Source of the DNA: Fulvimarina sp.
GTDB lineage: Bacteria; Pseudomonadota; Alphaproteobacteria; Rhizobiales; Rhizobiaceae
Length of the DNA: 64,000 nt
Assembly: GCA_002700095.1 (NCBI GenBank)
Contig: PACL01000080.1
Location: 114,753-178,752, forward strand
Direction of reading: 5' to 3'
Positions 63,956 through 64,000 of the stretch are shown in pieces. Both the position numbers and the translations under genes were made by a program. Within the stretch, counting starts at the first letter, position 1, and every line of letters begins with the position of its first letter. The notes beneath the pieces are model-generated. The model was not told where the DNA came from, did no database searches, and was given only the letters and a program-made list of their open reading frames with translations.

Positions 63956-64000
63956 ATGGTCAGGCAGGCGATCCGGTGGGCGATCATCGGGACCGGGGGC
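63956..64000 (+). CDS. 5' fragment of a probable Gfo/Idh/MocA-type oxidoreductase (runs off window)
   Basis: GGAGAGAG RBS followed by ATG; MVRQAIRWAIIGTGG resembles the Rossmann N-terminus of this family. Only 15 codons are visible. Confidence 0.3.
   Translation, partial: MVRQAIRWAIIGTGG

Overview
This is a very GC-rich chromosomal segment whose gene content and synteny look like a Hyphomicrobiales/Rhizobiales-type alphaproteobacterium. GC was judged by eye, not computed, and the exact taxon cannot be determined here. I support about 60 protein genes. I found no rRNA or tRNA, no transposase, integrase or phage genes, and no CRISPR array.

Layout:
1. 0.7-10 kb: a fragmented urease cluster on the minus strand (hupE/ureJ-ureB ... 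ureC ... ureE-ureF-ureG). It is interrupted by plus-strand inserts and lacks ureA and ureD.
2. 10.8-26.7 kb: housekeeping genes. These are a class-III aminotransferase, the alphaproteobacterial Gln/Gly-rich TIGR02302 protein, lysA, a small lipoprotein, argH, tlpA, ohrR/ohr, a vapBC module, hbd-etfA-etfB, a PduO-type adenosyltransferase and a DMT permease.
3. 26.9-36.4 kb: a PAS-MCP, a K+ channel, a hypothetical protein, and mfd-sdhE divergent from recG.
4. 36.4-37.6 kb: a 1.2 kb repeat-dense non-coding stretch, followed by glsA.
5. 38.7-49.2 kb: a complete red-type (form IC) Calvin-cycle operon, cbbR | cbbF-P-T-A-L-S-X-rpe.
6. 49.3-57.2 kb, directly abutting the cbb operon: a Pantoea-type zeaxanthin-glucoside carotenoid cluster in rearranged order, idi(type 2) | crtE-crtZ | crtB-crtI-crtY-crtX.
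7. 57.3-64 kb: a UPF0314 membrane protein, an orphan HerA/FtsK-like ATPase with an uncharacterised C-terminal half, glycerate kinase, and cydAB plus an unlisted DUF2474 mini-ORF.

No clear-cut novel multi-gene system is visible. The most unusual items are:
- the broken urease cluster without ureA/ureD;
- a 14-bp x 7-8 tandem repeat in front of a Ser/Gly-rich secreted protein;
- three families of palindromic or MITE-like intergenic repeats, one pair of which sits inside the cbb operon;
- a perfect 20-bp inverted repeat;
- the orphan HerA-like ATPase;
- the physical fusion of autotrophy and carotenoid loci.

Long antisense ORFs are treated as GC-driven artefacts.
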